DNA from: a virus
Lineage: Duplodnaviria > Caudoviricetes
Virus record (IMG/VR): IMGVR_UViG_3300038976_000003
Span: 1-29,786 of that record
DNA length: 29,786 bases
Strand: one strand, 5' to 3'
Under the pieces are notes generated by a model. It worked only from the letters and a program-made list of their open reading frames with translations, was not told the origin of the DNA and ran no database searches. The translations under genes and the position numbers were made by a program. Of this stretch, positions 1 to 8,872 are shown piece after piece (within the stretch, counting starts at the first letter, position 1; each line of letters starts with the position of its first letter).

Positions 1-7
1 AGCCAGT

Positions 8-310
8 TCATAGGGCCTTCTTTGCTTTGCCGGCCAGCGCGCGGAGTTTAGCAATCGCGGCTTTGCCTTCAGCCGTGGCGTATTTCTCGATCTTGGCTAG
101 TTCGTCTTCTTCCACATCTTCCAGGTTGTATTTCAGGGTGTTCTCTTCATGCGTGGTCACAGATGCCCCGAGCGCGGCACAGATGATCAGCAGCAGAGCG
201 GACGGCACAAAGCCGACATGGAAGTGGATCGCGGTCGCAAGGTACAGCGCGAAAAGCAGACCGATGATCACGAATTGAAACACCGGATGTAGCTTTTTCA
301 GAAAAGACAT
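8..310 (-). CDS. Two-TM membrane protein, holin-like (100 aa; start revised to MSFLKKL)
   Basis: GGAGGAC RBS before ATG at 310; two hydrophobic helices then a charged tail; downstream of the endolysin. Confidence 0.6.
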   Translation of the reverse strand: MSFLKKLHPVFQFVIIGLLFALYLATAIHFHVGFVPSALLLIICAALGASVTTHEENTLKYNLEDVEEDELAKIEKYATAEGKAAIAKLRALAGKAKKAL

Positions 311-389
311 TTGAACGTCCTCCACAGGTTTAAATTTTGGTTTGATACCTAAGACATCGCCGCAACGGGAATCAGCGGCAAGAAAAGCC

Positions 390-406
390 ATAGGGCCATG
401 CCCTAC
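390..406. repeat. Palindrome GTAGGGC-N3-GCCCTAT, copy 1
   Basis: Minus strand reads GTAGGGCATGGCCCTAT; further copies at 9114 and 20330. Confidence 0.75.
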
Positions 407-428
407 AAGGTTCTATAGGTGGCAGCGA

Positions 429-710
429 TTACCTATTTGGCCCAACAACGTAGCCATGGCCGTCGATGAAGTGGATCACAAGGAAAATCGCCAGCCCCAG
501 AAATCCCAGCACGGACGCTACGAGCACATGACGCGGAGCCAGGAACCGGATGTAATAGGTGAAGAAGGTAAAGTTCCGCACATGGAAGATGGCCAGCAGT
601 TCGCCAACAACAATCATCACCCCGGCGGTTCCAAGTAGGTAAACCACTACCGTCCACCAGATGTCAGAAGTTACCGGAAAAGTTTTAGTGAGTGATTGCC
701 AGAGGGTCAC
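429..710 (-). CDS. Two-TM membrane protein, holin/antiholin candidate
   Basis: 93 aa with two TM segments; start overlaps the upstream stop; lysis cassette context. Confidence 0.6.
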   Translation of the reverse strand: MTLWQSLTKTFPVTSDIWWTVVVYLLGTAGVMIVVGELLAIFHVRNFTFFTYYIRFLAPRHVLVASVLGFLGLAIFLVIHFIDGHGYVVGPNR

Positions 711-913
711 TTATCCCTCACATAAGGGTCAAGAATCACTGCCACATCCGAGCGAGTGCGGAATTTTGGCAGAGCATTAATCTCATCCGCCAAGCGCAGA
801 GCCAGCGGAGAGAGTGTTGCTTCTTTCGCTTCTTCACTCTTTACCGTGGCATCGGCAAAGTCCTCAGCTCCTGTTTTCATCACTTTGGCCTTGAATTTTT
901 CGGATGTGTTCAT
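707..913 (-). CDS. Hypothetical protein (68 aa)
   Basis: ATGA overlap with the endolysin stop; its stop overlaps the next start. Confidence 0.65.
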   Translation of the reverse strand: MNTSEKFKAKVMKTGAEDFADATVKSEEAKEATLSPLALRLADEINALPKFRTRSDVAVILDPYVRDK

Positions 914-1488
914 GCGTTCGCCCTTACCAGCCAGCCATTAAGATTTACGGCCTGAGATGGATTGTTCGCCGCAATGTGGCGGTAGTGAGCTGCTGAGAAT
1001 TCACAAAGCAGAGCGTAGAACGCTTTGGGATCTTCGGCATTGATGGCCGCGATTGTCTTTGGTCCGATCACGCCATCTTCCAGCAGCGGGAAAGCTGCCC
1101 GCAGTGGTTTCAAATCGTCGGCGGTATCGGGTGAATCGATCACAGCTTGTACGCCTTGCTGAAGCTGGAAGTTGCACGCGCGCTGGGCATACACTCCGGC
1201 CTGATGCACGCCCATGTTGATGGCCATATCGAAAAGCTTGTTCGCTACGTCCTGGGATTCGATGTCTGCCAGATGCATCTTTTCCCAGTACTGGCTTTCT
1301 TCCATCGCTTCTGCATCTGCAAGCGCTTGTTCGACTGAGCCGGTAAAGAATTCTTCCGGGAGATCAGGATGGAATTTTTGTGCGATACCGAAGCGGGTCC
1401 TTCCGCCGGCATCTTCTGTCACCTTGCCTGTGCGGTGACGATCTTCGAAGTCCATGGTGTGTTCAAATGCAATTTTAAAGTCGGCCAA
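910..1488 (-). CDS. Endolysin, glycoside hydrolase family 108 with C-terminal peptidoglycan-binding domain
   Basis: FE...DAGGRTRFGI, LFDMAINMG, DGVIGPKT and GWLVRA motifs typical of GH108/PG_binding_3. Confidence 0.9.
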   Translation of the reverse strand: MADFKIAFEHTMDFEDRHRTGKVTEDAGGRTRFGIAQKFHPDLPEEFFTGSVEQALADAEAMEESQYWEKMHLADIESQDVANKLFDMAINMGVHQAGVYAQRACNFQLQQGVQAVIDSPDTADDLKPLRAAFPLLEDGVIGPKTIAAINAEDPKAFYALLCEFSAAHYRHIAANNPSQAVNLNGWLVRANA

Positions 1489-1812
1489 TTAGTACCTCCG
1501 TTGCTGCTGATTGCCTTGATTGACGATTTGCCGGGTGATGTTCTGGAGTTCGTTTTCGATCTGCCCAAGCCTTTCCTCCAGCCGCTTGTTCATTTCGATA
1601 TGCTCAGAACGCGGAACCACTTCACGTTCGTAGCGGGATTGAAGTTGCGCAATGGACTGTTCATCGGCCACAACGCGGCTTGAGAGCGTGGCATAGTTGG
1701 CGGCCCAGCCGATTAAGGTGAGGGTCACTAAGGCCAAATCACGCAGGGAAACGCTTACGCTTCCGGATTCTTTCATGGATTTTTTTATAGTAATTGGTCG
1801 GTTCAAAGTCAC
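1489..1812 (-). CDS. Single-TM coiled-coil protein, holin-like
   Basis: GAGGAG RBS and GTG start; one TM (LALVTLTLIGWAANYATL) followed by a coiled coil; directly precedes the endolysin. Confidence 0.6.
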   Translation of the reverse strand: MTLNRPITIKKSMKESGSVSVSLRDLALVTLTLIGWAANYATLSSRVVADEQSIAQLQSRYEREVVPRSEHIEMNKRLEERLGQIENELQNITRQIVNQGNQQQRRY

Positions 1813-1862
1813 GCTCCTCTGCTACCATTCCCCGCAGCCTTTTGCGTCGTAATTACGCTGAG

Positions 1863-1904
1863 GGTTAGTCCGGGCGGAGCGGGAGAAACGCTCCGTTCCG
1901 GGCG
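1863..1904 (-). promoter_or_regulatory. Structured leader motif CCGGAA-hairpin-CCGG-ACTAACC upstream of the lysis cassette
   Basis: CGGAGCG/CGCTCCG inner stem and CCGG/CCGG outer stem; same architecture as 2436-2471. Confidence 0.55.
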
Positions 1905-1936
1905 TGGGCTTAATGAGGCCAGTTATTGCCTGCAAA

Positions 1937-1960
1937 TAAAAAAGCAGCCCGTAGGCTGCT
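1937..1960 (-). terminator. Rho-independent terminator
   Basis: AGCAGCC-TACG-GGCTGCT followed by a T-run on the minus strand. Confidence 0.85.
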
Positions 1961-1991
1961 GAGGGTTATGAAAATTGTTTGGTTTACTCGG

Positions 1992-2303
1992 TTACCACGG
2001 ATGTGTTTTGGCTTCGGCCTGTTTCGCGGCCAGCTTCTTATCTATCCTCGCGCAAAGCCTCTGATGTTCTTTTGTTGTCGGCGGCGACACATGGCAGAGC
2101 TGGTAAATCTTGAAATCGTCGCCCAAAAGGGTTTCTATGTGTTCCTTCTGTAGCTGCTTTAATCTCTCTGCGCTTTCGGCCAGATATACATTGCTTACCG
2201 CTATGCTTGCCAAGCCCGGATCTTCGCCCGGTTGCGAAATCCAGGAGGCTGCGCCAATGGCCAAAACACCTAAGATTATGATGACTGCTATCCGCTTGCC
2301 CAT
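1992..2303 (-). CDS. Membrane-anchored or secreted hypothetical protein (moron; start revised to MGKRIAV)
   Basis: GGAGGAC RBS before ATG at 2303; N-terminal hydrophobic segment; Cys pair; own terminator. Confidence 0.75.
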   Translation of the reverse strand: MGKRIAVIIILGVLAIGAASWISQPGEDPGLASIAVSNVYLAESAERLKQLQKEHIETLLGDDFKIYQLCHVSPPTTKEHQRLCARIDKKLAAKQAEAKTHPW

Positions 2304-2397
2304 AAAGTCCTCCAAAGGCCAGAATCTTACATCAGATTAGTGACTTTGGAAGCTTAAAAGTTTCATTTACCAGATAGTTAAGGCGAAGCTTTGGCGG

Positions 2398-2425
2398 TTG
2401 ACTTTCAGAGCTGGAATGGTAGGAT
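2398..2425 (+). promoter_or_regulatory. Sigma70-type promoter for the lipoprotein gene
   Basis: TTGACT-16 nt-TAGGAT with a TG extended -10. Confidence 0.6.
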
Positions 2426-2435
2426 TAAGAGCGTA

Positions 2436-2471
2436 CCGGAAAGGGTGTTCAGACCCTCCCCGGCACTAACC
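2436..2471 (+). promoter_or_regulatory. Structured 5'UTR motif CCGGAA-hairpin-CCGG-CACTAACC
   Basis: AGGGT/ACCCT inner stem and CCGG/CCGG outer stem; lies between the promoter and the AAGGAG RBS. Confidence 0.55.
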
Positions 2472-2503
2472 GAAAGAACGCATCTGTTAAGGAGACGCAT
2501 CCA

Positions 2504-3277
2504 ATGGCTAGAAAAACTCTACCACTCTTTTTTCTTCTTTCAATCACAATTATTTCAGGCTGCGGTGGCCATGCACAATGTCCTGCTTCCACTTCTACGC
2601 CTATCACCCTTACCGCCGCCCAGGTATTCACCCCTTCGCTTGGTCAAGTTTGGACGTTCCGCAATGGCTATGGTGATTTGACTACCATCACTCAACAGGC
2701 CGCGACATCTAGCTCCCTGCCAGCCGGAAGCATCAACTTCGTTTATCAGAAAAATTCTTGCCGCGCTTATTGGGCCGCTGGAATTTGTGATGCTCTGCTG
2801 CATTTTGTTCTCGTACCGCAACCTGATGGCTCTTGGACTTCCCCGGCCAGCCTGTTTTATTTCCCTACTCAATTACCGGATTACATGAACGGGCATCACA
2901 CTCAAACATCTAACTTTGTGCAAGTGCCGGGAATGCCGATTCCATATACCATCGTTCCCGCAAGTGCGACAACCGGAGTAACAAACTCAGTTCCTACTCA
3001 ATATGACCGCTGGGATGCGCCCGATGCCTACACCTTTGATTCCATTGTTTCTGGCTCTCCTGCTGCGCGGGTGCGCTGGCAGACCACAAGCTACATTGAG
3101 GACGTAAGTACTCCGGTTTATTCCGGCCCAGCGCTGGTAAGTGAGCAATTCGAGTCAGCCTGCATCCATGAAAAGTGGTACTTCGCTCCCGGCCATGGCC
3201 TTGTAAAAGTCATTCCGCTTGACAATGGCTCATGTACTCCAACCGATCCAATGCAGACAATGGAAAGAATCAATTAA
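2504..3277 (+). CDS. Lipoprotein (moron), function unknown
   Basis: AAGGAG RBS; signal peptide with lipobox IISG-C; C-terminal EKWYFAPGHGLVK beta-rich motif; opposite strand to the late operon. Confidence 0.85.
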   Translation: MARKTLPLFFLLSITIISGCGGHAQCPASTSTPITLTAAQVFTPSLGQVWTFRNGYGDLTTITQQAATSSSLPAGSINFVYQKNSCRAYWAAGICDALLHFVLVPQPDGSWTSPASLFYFPTQLPDYMNGHHTQTSNFVQVPGMPIPYTIVPASATTGVTNSVPTQYDRWDAPDAYTFDSIVSGSPAARVRWQTTSYIEDVSTPVYSGPALVSEQFESACIHEKWYFAPGHGLVKVIPLDNGSCTPTDPMQTMERIN

Positions 3278-3281
3278 CCAA

Positions 3282-3404
3282 ATGTGGAAATTCGCTTTCA
3301 TCTTTGTGCCAGCGCTGCCGTTTATTTTCCTGAAACTCCGCTTCGCTCTGATCCGTGACGAAGCGGAGAAACTGGAAATGTTACGAAGGTACGGCGGCGG
3401 TTAA
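3282..3404 (+). CDS. Small membrane peptide (40 aa, MWKFAFIF...)
   Basis: ATG 4 nt after the lipoprotein stop; hydrophobic N-half; stop overlaps the convergent stop at TTAA 3401-3404. Confidence 0.45.
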   Translation: MWKFAFIFVPALPFIFLKLRFALIRDEAEKLEMLRRYGGG

Positions 3405-5230
3405 CGTCCTACGCAAGACACAGTAAGGCCAACCGTATTCGTTGCTGCTGGGGTAAAGTTTCCACTCACCAAAGTGGCCTGCAAAACTAACGCTGTAGCT
3501 GAAACAGATTGAATCAGCCATGCCGCCAGAACATTGTTCCCCGGCCCCATAGCAGGTGTGCAGATCGGAGAATTTGTCCACGTTCCATCATGAAACGTTA
3601 GGGTCACAGTCGGCCCCGCCGCTTGGCCAGTTCCGGCGGACGTTATCACGGCACTAAAAGCGGCATCAGTTCCAAGAACTGAGCCAACGCTGGCCGTGTT
3701 CCCCCACCCGGCGGAAATCGCAAAATCGCCAGCTACCAATGCCGTCCCTTGTGTCGCCCGAAGCCGTTTTATAAAAAGGGTATCGGATACCGTCTTGTTT
3801 GTGAAAATGTCCGTTGTGGCCTTGCCTACCAGCGTATCGGTTACATTCGGTACTGTGACGTTGCCCAGCGTGAATTGGTCGCTGGCGTTTTTTGTGAAAA
3901 GAATATCGCCAGAGTTGGCATTGTTCCGCCATGCAATCGAGGTGTTACTTGGAAGGCGAATGATGCCGCTGGCTGCTGGCGTAGTTCCCAATATGAGGTT
4001 GCCGCTGGTGTCGATCTTGCCAACCTCTGCTCCATTCAAAAATCCAGCGCTCAAACTTCTGATTGAAATAGCCCCAGCACGTAAAGCCGCCGTGCTGCCA
4101 TCCGCCGGATCGACGGCAAGCCTTTCATTCTGGCCGCCCGATGGCCCTACGAAAATACTGATCCCGCCCGTGCTTGAAGATGTGCCGCCAGCCGTAATCA
4201 CTGCATTTCTGCCAGTGGCCGCGCTATTCAGGTTTAAGCTTGTCGCTGTGAGCGCCGTAGCGGCTACAGTATTTGGTGTCGTGTTTCCAATCGGCGGGGG
4301 AGATGAAAATTCCACTGTTCCGGCTGAACTGGCTACTGCGTTGGTTCCATCGTAAACAAGATCCTGCATGATGCACGCGCTTGCACCGCTGGGGATCGTT
4401 ACCCAACCCTGTACGTTCGTTGGCGGAACAAATGTTCTTCCGCCGGTTCCGTCTTGGCAGACTTCAATATTGATCGGCTGCCCAGCTACCGCATTCGAGA
4501 GCGTCGAGCTGGTGACGTTGCCGGTCAAAGTCAGTTTGAAGGTCGAAGCCGTGGAAGCATCGAATGTTGGCGTGGCCGAAAATGTGACAGTGGTAAGTGT
4601 TCCCAGGCGGCAATCCGTTCTTGACGTTCCGGCATTATCAGAGCATGTGAGCCCAGCCATCACATTGAAAGCTGTTCTCTGAGTCTGCCCAACGCCTGAG
4701 CTGAAAATCTGCTGAAGGATTGAGCTGGGGATGTTTGATCCTGTGACTGTTCCGGTAAAGGTCGCGTTGCCGTTGCCGCTCAAGTTTCCGCTTACCGTGG
4801 TTCCGCTTAATGGAGCGCCTTGCGCGAGATTGGTTGGCGCGTAATTATCGAAGTTGAAAGTTGCGCCCGTGAAGCTTACCAGCGTGTACCTCAGCACTTC
4901 CTGCCCGGTACTGGAATCTTTCACGGTGATGCGGTAGTAGATTCCGCTGGGCGATGTGGCTGAAGGATTGGGAACGGTAAACCCAGTAATCACGCCAGCC
5001 GTCACAGCCGAGCAATATCCCCGCTTTAAAGCCTGTCCGCCGCCGCCGATAGAAACCGAAATCGGATTGTCGCTCTGATCGGTAATCAGAAAACAGATTT
5101 GCCCAGCGGCCAGCTTGCTCCCGTTGATGTCGGTAATGTTCGAGCCGCTTACGGTTGTGAGGTTCTGGCCGAAAGCCGAAGACGCCAGACACACAAATAT
5201 GAAAACTGCTAACAGTTTTTTCAAAGTCAT
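3401..5230 (-). CDS. Tail-fibre-like protein with N-terminal signal peptide
   Basis: Follows the tail tip gene; T/S/G/A-rich; fibre-like motifs TLTGNVT...QDGTGGRT, SPPPIGNTTP, TDTLVGKATTDIFTNKT; AGGAGA RBS; signal MTLKKLLAVFIFVCLASSAFG|Q. Confidence 0.7.
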   Translation of the reverse strand: MTLKKLLAVFIFVCLASSAFGQNLTTVSGSNITDINGSKLAAGQICFLITDQSDNPISVSIGGGGQALKRGYCSAVTAGVITGFTVPNPSATSPSGIYYRITVKDSSTGQEVLRYTLVSFTGATFNFDNYAPTNLAQGAPLSGTTVSGNLSGNGNATFTGTVTGSNIPSSILQQIFSSGVGQTQRTAFNVMAGLTCSDNAGTSRTDCRLGTLTTVTFSATPTFDASTASTFKLTLTGNVTSSTLSNAVAGQPINIEVCQDGTGGRTFVPPTNVQGWVTIPSGASACIMQDLVYDGTNAVASSAGTVEFSSPPPIGNTTPNTVAATALTATSLNLNSAATGRNAVITAGGTSSSTGGISIFVGPSGGQNERLAVDPADGSTAALRAGAISIRSLSAGFLNGAEVGKIDTSGNLILGTTPAASGIIRLPSNTSIAWRNNANSGDILFTKNASDQFTLGNVTVPNVTDTLVGKATTDIFTNKTVSDTLFIKRLRATQGTALVAGDFAISAGWGNTASVGSVLGTDAAFSAVITSAGTGQAAGPTVTLTFHDGTWTNSPICTPAMGPGNNVLAAWLIQSVSATALVLQATLVSGNFTPAATNTVGLTVSCVGR

Positions 5231-5248
5231 TCTCTCCTGAAAAGGTTT

Positions 5249-8200
5249 TTACATTCCCGGCAATGTGCGACCGCCGCCCGTGGTTCCTGATCCGCCTGTA
5301 CCGTTTCCACCCAAGCCGCCAGTGGTTCCACCTGAGCCCGTGTTGTCACATGTTTTTAAAGAACCCACGCGCATTTGTCCGCGATAGACCGCTTGAACGT
5401 AATTGTTGTAATTGGCCCAGGCCCGGTGCGTTGCCGCGCTGAAGTCGTAACTGATCCAATAGAACGTGCTGACTTGCGGAGCGGCCCCGGTGTCGTCAAT
5501 CGTGGAAATGGTTTGCGCTGAAATTGTTCTTGAGCCGCCCTGGTCTTTCATCTTCCAGGCGGTATAAGAATTGCCTACTCCGGTTGGCCCGTAAATCCTG
5601 ATGTTGTCCGCCGTGCCGGAAACGAAAGTTGAATCAATCGTGGCGTTATTGGCCGGCGTCTCGTCATGGTTGCCGAAGATCCCATTGAAGGCGAAGCTGT
5701 AGGCTGTGGCGTTCGCAAGAGACTGTTCCATTAATCCCATGCGATTAAAGCTGGTGAACTTGAAAAAAATTGTCGTTCCTACCAGCGTTGGATCGGCTTC
5801 CCAAACAAACACTCCGTTGTCTAAGCGAAGGAAGACGGAATTTGTGTTGTGCGTTCCAATGGGTGAGCCGAAGACGCCGCGCCGGAGTCTTGCCTGTACC
5901 GTGGCCGTTCCGCCGGAAGTGTAGGCTCCATTGCCTGTGCTGCCGTTCAAGGTGAAAGTGTTATTTCCGGTGACCGTGATCACCCATGTCCCGTTCGCCG
6001 CCGTGTTGCCGCCGACTGAGGCCACTACCACGGTTTCACCCGTTCCCAGCCCGTGATTGGCTACCGTTATCTGAATCGGGCTTGCGTTTGTTGCGCCGGT
6101 GATGTTTTGCGCCGCGCCGTGAGCGCCAAGATCGTATTTATAAGATCCCGTGAGCGTTGCGTCTTCAAAACTGATCAGTTCGCCGTCCACATAACAAAGC
6201 GTTCTAAAGTTATCAGCATCTGATTGCGTGCCGGAATTCAGAGCGCCTGTGGACTGCGTTAGATCGACGGCCAGCGTATGAGTCGTGTCAGGATCAGCGG
6301 AAGAAACCAGTTGCGCCGTTAAAACTCCCATGCGTGACGGCCCGTACATTGCCCCGATCTGCACATAGTTGGAATTGTCCGGAGATACCCAGACATGGCA
6401 GCCGCCCCAATCCTGATTGACTGCTGTTCCGCCGGAAGTGTAAGCACCGTTTCCCGTGGAACCATTCAGCGTGAAATTATTGGGATCAACAATGGTTACC
6501 GTCCAAGTGCCGTTGGCTGCCGTGTTGCCCAGCACTCCGGCGATAACAATTTTCTGGCCGCTCTTATATCCGTGGTTGGTGGCTGTGATCTGAATCGGGC
6601 TGGCGTTCGTTGCTGCCGAAATTGCTACTGTAGGACCACAAACCCCAAGCCAGACTTCATAGTTTCCCGTGAGGCTCAGGCGGTCATTGGCTTCAAAGAT
6701 GATTGGCGTGGAAACCGCGCCGGGATCGGAGTTGGCTTGCGAAACAAATCCCGCTCCGGCCTGATGCGGGTACAGAGTCGGCGCTGCCGTTCCCCAGGGA
6801 AAGTCTTCACAATCAATTTCCAGCTTGCCGGAATCGTCTTCCCGCATGGCCGTGATCCGCACCGGCTTTTTGTTGTATCCCAGTTCTGGAATCGTAAGCG
6901 TCACCAGGTCCATGGGCTCCAGCAGATTGAATTGCCAGCCCAGAGAAAACGTGTACGTGGCGCGGATCTCCACTGAGCGCTTGCGTAGAAGATTGGCCGC
7001 AAACTTGGCCACTGTGGTAGTCGTAATCGAATGCGCCTGCACGGGAGAGGCCTTGCGCAAACCATACAGCGCTATCATGGCGTCGTCTTTGTCTTCCGCC
7101 ACGTCAGGATTGTAATCATTGGCGCGATTGACAAATTCAATCGAAACCGAATTCATCACGTCCGCCACCGATGGCCGCTTAATCACCACCGGCGTCAAAA
7201 GATCGGACGTTGTGAGATCGTAAATCGGCGCGGTGTTGGGAATGAACGTCGCCCCATTTCCGACAGCGGTCGTATCACCATAAGGGACAATTTTCAAAAC
7301 GCCTTCACTCCACACCGCTGCTGCGTTCGTGATGTCCAGGATTTCCTGTATCCATTCGCTTGCGGCCTTTTGCGCGTCGAGTACCGGAGAAAGAAACAGT
7401 CCATTGGCAGTACAGAAATTTTTGTATTGCGTGAGGTCGCCGGGGTTGACCGCGCCGGCCAGCCCGTAACCCTGGTTGGCCAGCAGATCGGCAATGATCA
7501 CTGAAGGCTCCGCATCGGCAATGCCCGCGCCGAAGGTGATGGCGCTCAGCACTTCAAAACTTAGGTTCGGCAGCGTGCCGCTTTCGCCCAAGTCCATGGC
7601 GGACGCTGCGACATAAGCTATCCCGTTATAGCCAAGGTCTTGTCCGGGATGCGCTGATGTTAGATAGCTCCACGGCGTCTGCGGACGCGAGCCGAGAAAC
7701 AATGTGAGGCTCAACTTCTGCTGCGGCTGGCCGTTGGAGTTGGAATCAGGAACTGAGTAAACATAAGTGATGGTCATCACCTTCCCGGCATCGGCAGCGG
7801 AGAAATTGAACGTTGCGCCGCTCTGCGTGAACTGTCCCGCGCCGGGGGAACTGGCAACTTGCGTCATAGGCGTCTGCTGCGTTCCGGTGAAACTTACCGA
7901 GCCGTCTGAGCCGAAGTCGGTTTGCGAGAAACTGAAAGCGTCCGCTCTGCCCACTCCCCGGTGTGAATGAAATACACCCGTTCCCGGCGGTGTGACGGTA
8001 GTTCCGCCGCCGCCCCCAGGAACGGTAAAAGGCACCGTGGCCGTAATGAGTGTTAATCGGCCTTTGGTGTCCCAGACGTTGTGAATATTTAAGATTGGGC
8101 CTTGACAGAGCGCCATGGCTACCGCTGTCTGATAGGTGTAAGTAGTGTTCGATATGGCATTGCCGCCGCCCGATCCTAAGCCTTTGCCGCCTACTTTTGT

Positions 8201-8386
8201 TGTGCTAGTGTGCGGAATCGCCTGAAAATCTCCAGCCCATATCAGCCGTGCTGCGATTCTGTTCTGGCCATAAAGAATTGGGATTACTTGACCGTAGGAG
8301 CTGGTTTGGACGCGCAAGGCGGAGAGCAGATTGGGTTTGGATGCGAGAGCATTCTTCCCGCCGCCTTTGCCGCCCATGAGTGCCAT
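5249..8386 (-). CDS. Central tail tip / host-specificity protein (Phage-tail_3-like)
   Basis: QTSSYGQVIPILYGQNRI, GIAYV, LPNLSFEV and LEPMDLVTL motifs; follows NlpC/P60. Confidence 0.88.
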   Translation of the reverse strand: MALMGGKGGGKNALASKPNLLSALRVQTSSYGQVIPILYGQNRIAARLIWAGDFQAIPHTSTTKVGGKGLGSGGGNAISNTTYTYQTAVAMALCQGPILNIHNVWDTKGRLTLITATVPFTVPGGGGGTTVTPPGTGVFHSHRGVGRADAFSFSQTDFGSDGSVSFTGTQQTPMTQVASSPGAGQFTQSGATFNFSAADAGKVMTITYVYSVPDSNSNGQPQQKLSLTLFLGSRPQTPWSYLTSAHPGQDLGYNGIAYVAASAMDLGESGTLPNLSFEVLSAITFGAGIADAEPSVIIADLLANQGYGLAGAVNPGDLTQYKNFCTANGLFLSPVLDAQKAASEWIQEILDITNAAAVWSEGVLKIVPYGDTTAVGNGATFIPNTAPIYDLTTSDLLTPVVIKRPSVADVMNSVSIEFVNRANDYNPDVAEDKDDAMIALYGLRKASPVQAHSITTTTVAKFAANLLRKRSVEIRATYTFSLGWQFNLLEPMDLVTLTIPELGYNKKPVRITAMREDDSGKLEIDCEDFPWGTAAPTLYPHQAGAGFVSQANSDPGAVSTPIIFEANDRLSLTGNYEVWLGVCGPTVAISAATNASPIQITATNHGYKSGQKIVIAGVLGNTAANGTWTVTIVDPNNFTLNGSTGNGAYTSGGTAVNQDWGGCHVWVSPDNSNYVQIGAMYGPSRMGVLTAQLVSSADPDTTHTLAVDLTQSTGALNSGTQSDADNFRTLCYVDGELISFEDATLTGSYKYDLGAHGAAQNITGATNASPIQITVANHGLGTGETVVVASVGGNTAANGTWVITVTGNNTFTLNGSTGNGAYTSGGTATVQARLRRGVFGSPIGTHNTNSVFLRLDNGVFVWEADPTLVGTTIFFKFTSFNRMGLMEQSLANATAYSFAFNGIFGNHDETPANNATIDSTFVSGTADNIRIYGPTGVGNSYTAWKMKDQGGSRTISAQTISTIDDTGAAPQVSTFYWISYDFSAATHRAWANYNNYVQAVYRGQMRVGSLKTCDNTGSGGTTGGLGGNGTGGSGTTGGGRTLPGM
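5902..6624 (-). repeat. Two ~67-aa internal repeat domains in the tail tip protein (approx. 6424-6624 and 5902-6102)
   Basis: ATNASPIQIT..NHG...GNTAANGTW...FTLNGSTGNGAYTSGGTA occurs twice. Confidence 0.9.
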
Positions 8387-8872
8387 TTACGCTTTCACCT
8401 CAAAGAACTTCATTTCCCTGCCAATCAACTCACCATCCTGCAAAGCATTTCCAAGCTGTACCCCGTGCGGAATGTAGCTGTGAATGATCAGCGGCCAGTC
8501 AATCACGATTGCGCCGTGTGAGAATGTGCGCCCGAATTTAAACACCACGAAATCAGCGGGCCTTGCGATTGGCACCGAATCAGGCGCGATGCCATCCTTC
8601 AGTGCTGCATACGCCTGTGGGCAAGGAAATATTTCCTGCGTGAACGGTTCTATCGTCTTCAAATACAGCTCATCTGATCTATGCAGGTGCCATTGCATTG
8701 AATACGCTGGTGGAACGAAGTCAGCCGGAAGCACTCCGCATTCCTGATAGACGGCAAGTGGGAACATCGCACAATCGGCCCCGGCGTGTTTCACTTTCCC
8801 CAGATGGTGATACGGAGTTTTCAGCCAAGTCTTCGCAACCCGGATGATTTCTTGCCGCTTTTCCGGCGTCAC
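8387..8872 (-). CDS. NlpC/P60 tail-associated peptidase
   Basis: WLKTPYHH..GADC catalytic Cys; SHGAI and IIHS His motifs. Confidence 0.92.
   Translation of the reverse strand: MTPEKRQEIIRVAKTWLKTPYHHLGKVKHAGADCAMFPLAVYQECGVLPADFVPPAYSMQWHLHRSDELYLKTIEPFTQEIFPCPQAYAALKDGIAPDSVPIARPADFVVFKFGRTFSHGAIVIDWPLIIHSYIPHGVQLGNALQDGELIGREMKFFEVKA

Noticed and set aside
3401-8386. Diversity-generating retroelement or invertible fibre cassette
   Set aside because: No RT or invertase; the repeated domains differ at synonymous positions rather than specifically at adenines
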